Shown piece after piece: positions 61,907 to 64,000 of a stretch of DNA of 64,000 nt (its first letter is position 1; each line of letters begins with the position of its first letter). The DNA is from Tubulanus polymorphus (lineage: Eukaryota > Animalia > Nemertea). The translations under genes and the position numbers were made by a program. The stretch is from NCBI RefSeq assembly GCF_964204645.1, contig NC_134028.1, positions 1,550,001-1,614,000 on the forward strand, written 5' to 3'. A model generated the notes under the pieces. It was given only the letters and a program-made list of their open reading frames with translations. It had not been told where the DNA came from and did no database searches.

Positions 61907-64000
61907 GTAGATAAGATTTTGTTTTTCAAACTCGATATAAGATTCACGTCCAGAATCATAGCAAGTTAAAACTATACAACGTGTTATTATACGTCAACCG
62001 TAAATAATCGGCTCAATTCTAACTTTCGCCAGATGTCATATATGTTTCATTTTTGCTTGACAAGCGACGTTTCTTACTGTCCAGCATATGGACATCGGAA
62101 AAGATGGAAAACGAGATAGGACTGAATTTTAAAAAAAACGGCTGAATTTTCACCGAATTAATTCCATTCACGTGTATTATTGCCCTGAAGTAGAGAAGGA
62201 TTAACTAGAGACGTTGTCGCGCGTGCGACCCGAGAGACCGGGCGGGCATGAGACAGAAATACGACGACATCAAACAAAAAATCAGTCGAAATTCATAACT
62301 ATTAGCATTGAAAGCGATTACAACACCAGCAAATCATGGTTAGTGACCTGAATGTGGCCTTTAATTTCTGAGTTACATACACGCACACTAGCACGCGCTG
62401 AGCCTCGGGCTGTGCACAAAATAGACAATCGCTAAACTACCGAACAGCTGATTGTTGGGGGTATTTTTTTTAAATCTGCGATCCAAATTAATAACAGTTT
62501 GTCAAACGCGACAAATTGTTGTGACAATGGACTCTCGACGAGGTATTAGTGTTGCTTATCAGGCTGTAAACAAGCCCTCCAGTATCATTACTTCCGCTTG
62601 TAACTAGATATACCCGGGGTAGGCTAGTAGTTTTGGACACCCGACAGAAGAAGAAAGCAGTAAAAACCCATTCATATCATGAATCCATTTTTTTTCTCTA
62701 ATATAAGAGAATTGCGCGTGTTTTGCCTGATTTCCAGGTAAGTGGTCGTCCTGTTTAACTGACACCGTGTTCTACGACACAAGTCTTTTCTAATCAGTGT
62801 TAATGTGACGTTCAAAATAGTTTCTCAATCGCGCGAATGTTTTAACTAATCTTCACCCGATGCTCGAAATTAGAAACGCAATTAATATCGAAACGTACGC
62901 AGATGTTGAATATGATTTTTCGCCTCATTCTGATCTTCGGAAACTTTTCGCCCGTTGTTTTAAGTCGCAAACAAAAACGCTTTCATCATTAAAATATTAA
63001 TCACAATAATTGATGGGCGCGGGACGAGTCGAGACCGCACGGGTTACTGGCGATGATGATATCAGCTGCGACTGAAAGACACTGATGAAATTAATGAGGT
63101 ACATCTTGTCCCGAGATCAAAGATCATCGAATCCAAGACAGAAAGGGAGACATGAGCTAATCGCGGGATATCACAAGCAGTAGTTGTTTGAACGACGCTG
63201 AAGTGGCAGCGATCGGAAACAAAATAAGCACTCGCGACGCTTTGAACTCATAAATCTTCAAAGCGCAAACTGTCATCAAGTCGGATGAAAAATTTATGCC
63301 CGACCTGTATTAATATCTTAAAGCAAAAAACATTCGTATCGTCATCCGGTGAAAACGAGAAGGGCGCAGGTGCGTAGTCGGTTCGGGCCGAGATGCCATC
63401 ACAAAAGCGAGTCTAACGTATGACATCGGCGACGGACGAAATCATTTCATCGTCGTCGTCCTCGTCGCCGTCCTCGTCACCCTCGCGATGTTCAATAGAA
63501 CAAAGTTTTCTTGCTTCGACGCGAAGACAAAAAAACAACAGAAAGTGTAAACAGATCAAACAAGTAAAATAAGCCGCGAGCTGTCGTCAAACAAAACGAC
63601 ACGATCTTCAAAGGTGTCCGTCAGGCGTCAGTTACGTCCGATATCTGTATGTCGAATTATAATTTCCCGACCCTCGAGGGGGGCAGGGAATCTTCGTTCG
63701 GTAATTTGGTATATCAGTTTTTAGAGGGTGACGCGATCAGTGCCTAGCAGTATCTATTCTCTTTCATGTTTACTACTGATCCGGCGCTTTCTGATTTGAA
63801 ACTGAAATTCGAGTTAATTTCTATTGTCATTTCTGAAGTTCGGTATAAATCGAAATTCTATAACTGGCAGCTAGACGGATACACGACTAGGATAGACATT
63901 CGATCATTATCAACGATATTAATTCTAAACAAAATCGAATCAAACATTTTGAAAAATATATGTAACAAATCATAATCAAAATGTGGTGGTAAGTTATTCA

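Noticed and set aside
63415-63495. Acidic-coding-looking stretch on the minus strand (EGDEDGDEDDDDEMISS)
   Set aside because: It runs into a stop codon with no donor site and does not resemble the TCF N-terminus; likely a low-complexity (GAC/GTC) intronic tract.

Overview
This is AT-rich, intron-rich animal (invertebrate-like, possibly lophotrochozoan) nuclear DNA, not prokaryotic, so most six-frame ORFs are spurious. I reconstructed five spliced genes by hand: the 3' half of netrin (+, 5642-16291), complete syntaxin-8 (-, 18934-21258), complete fringe (+, 22030-28008), complete inorganic pyrophosphatase (+, 32746-37576) and the 3' part of TCF/LEF-pangolin (-, 44263-54703; 5' exons not found in the window). 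The main signals are two tandem exon duplications with ultrashort spacer introns, both likely mutually exclusive: two 189-nt netrin LE-2 exons 47 nt apart and two 190-nt TCF HMG-box exons 55 nt apart. Other observations are a U12-type intron in STX8, netrin-STX8 tail-to-tail microsynteny like human NTN1-STX8, a cluster of Su(H)/CSL sites in fringe introns, a possible dual mitochondrial/cytosolic start in PPA, and several MITE families. One MITE family has 9-bp TSDs and tRNA B-box-like motifs in its TIRs. Exon coordinates were read manually and may be off by a base or two.
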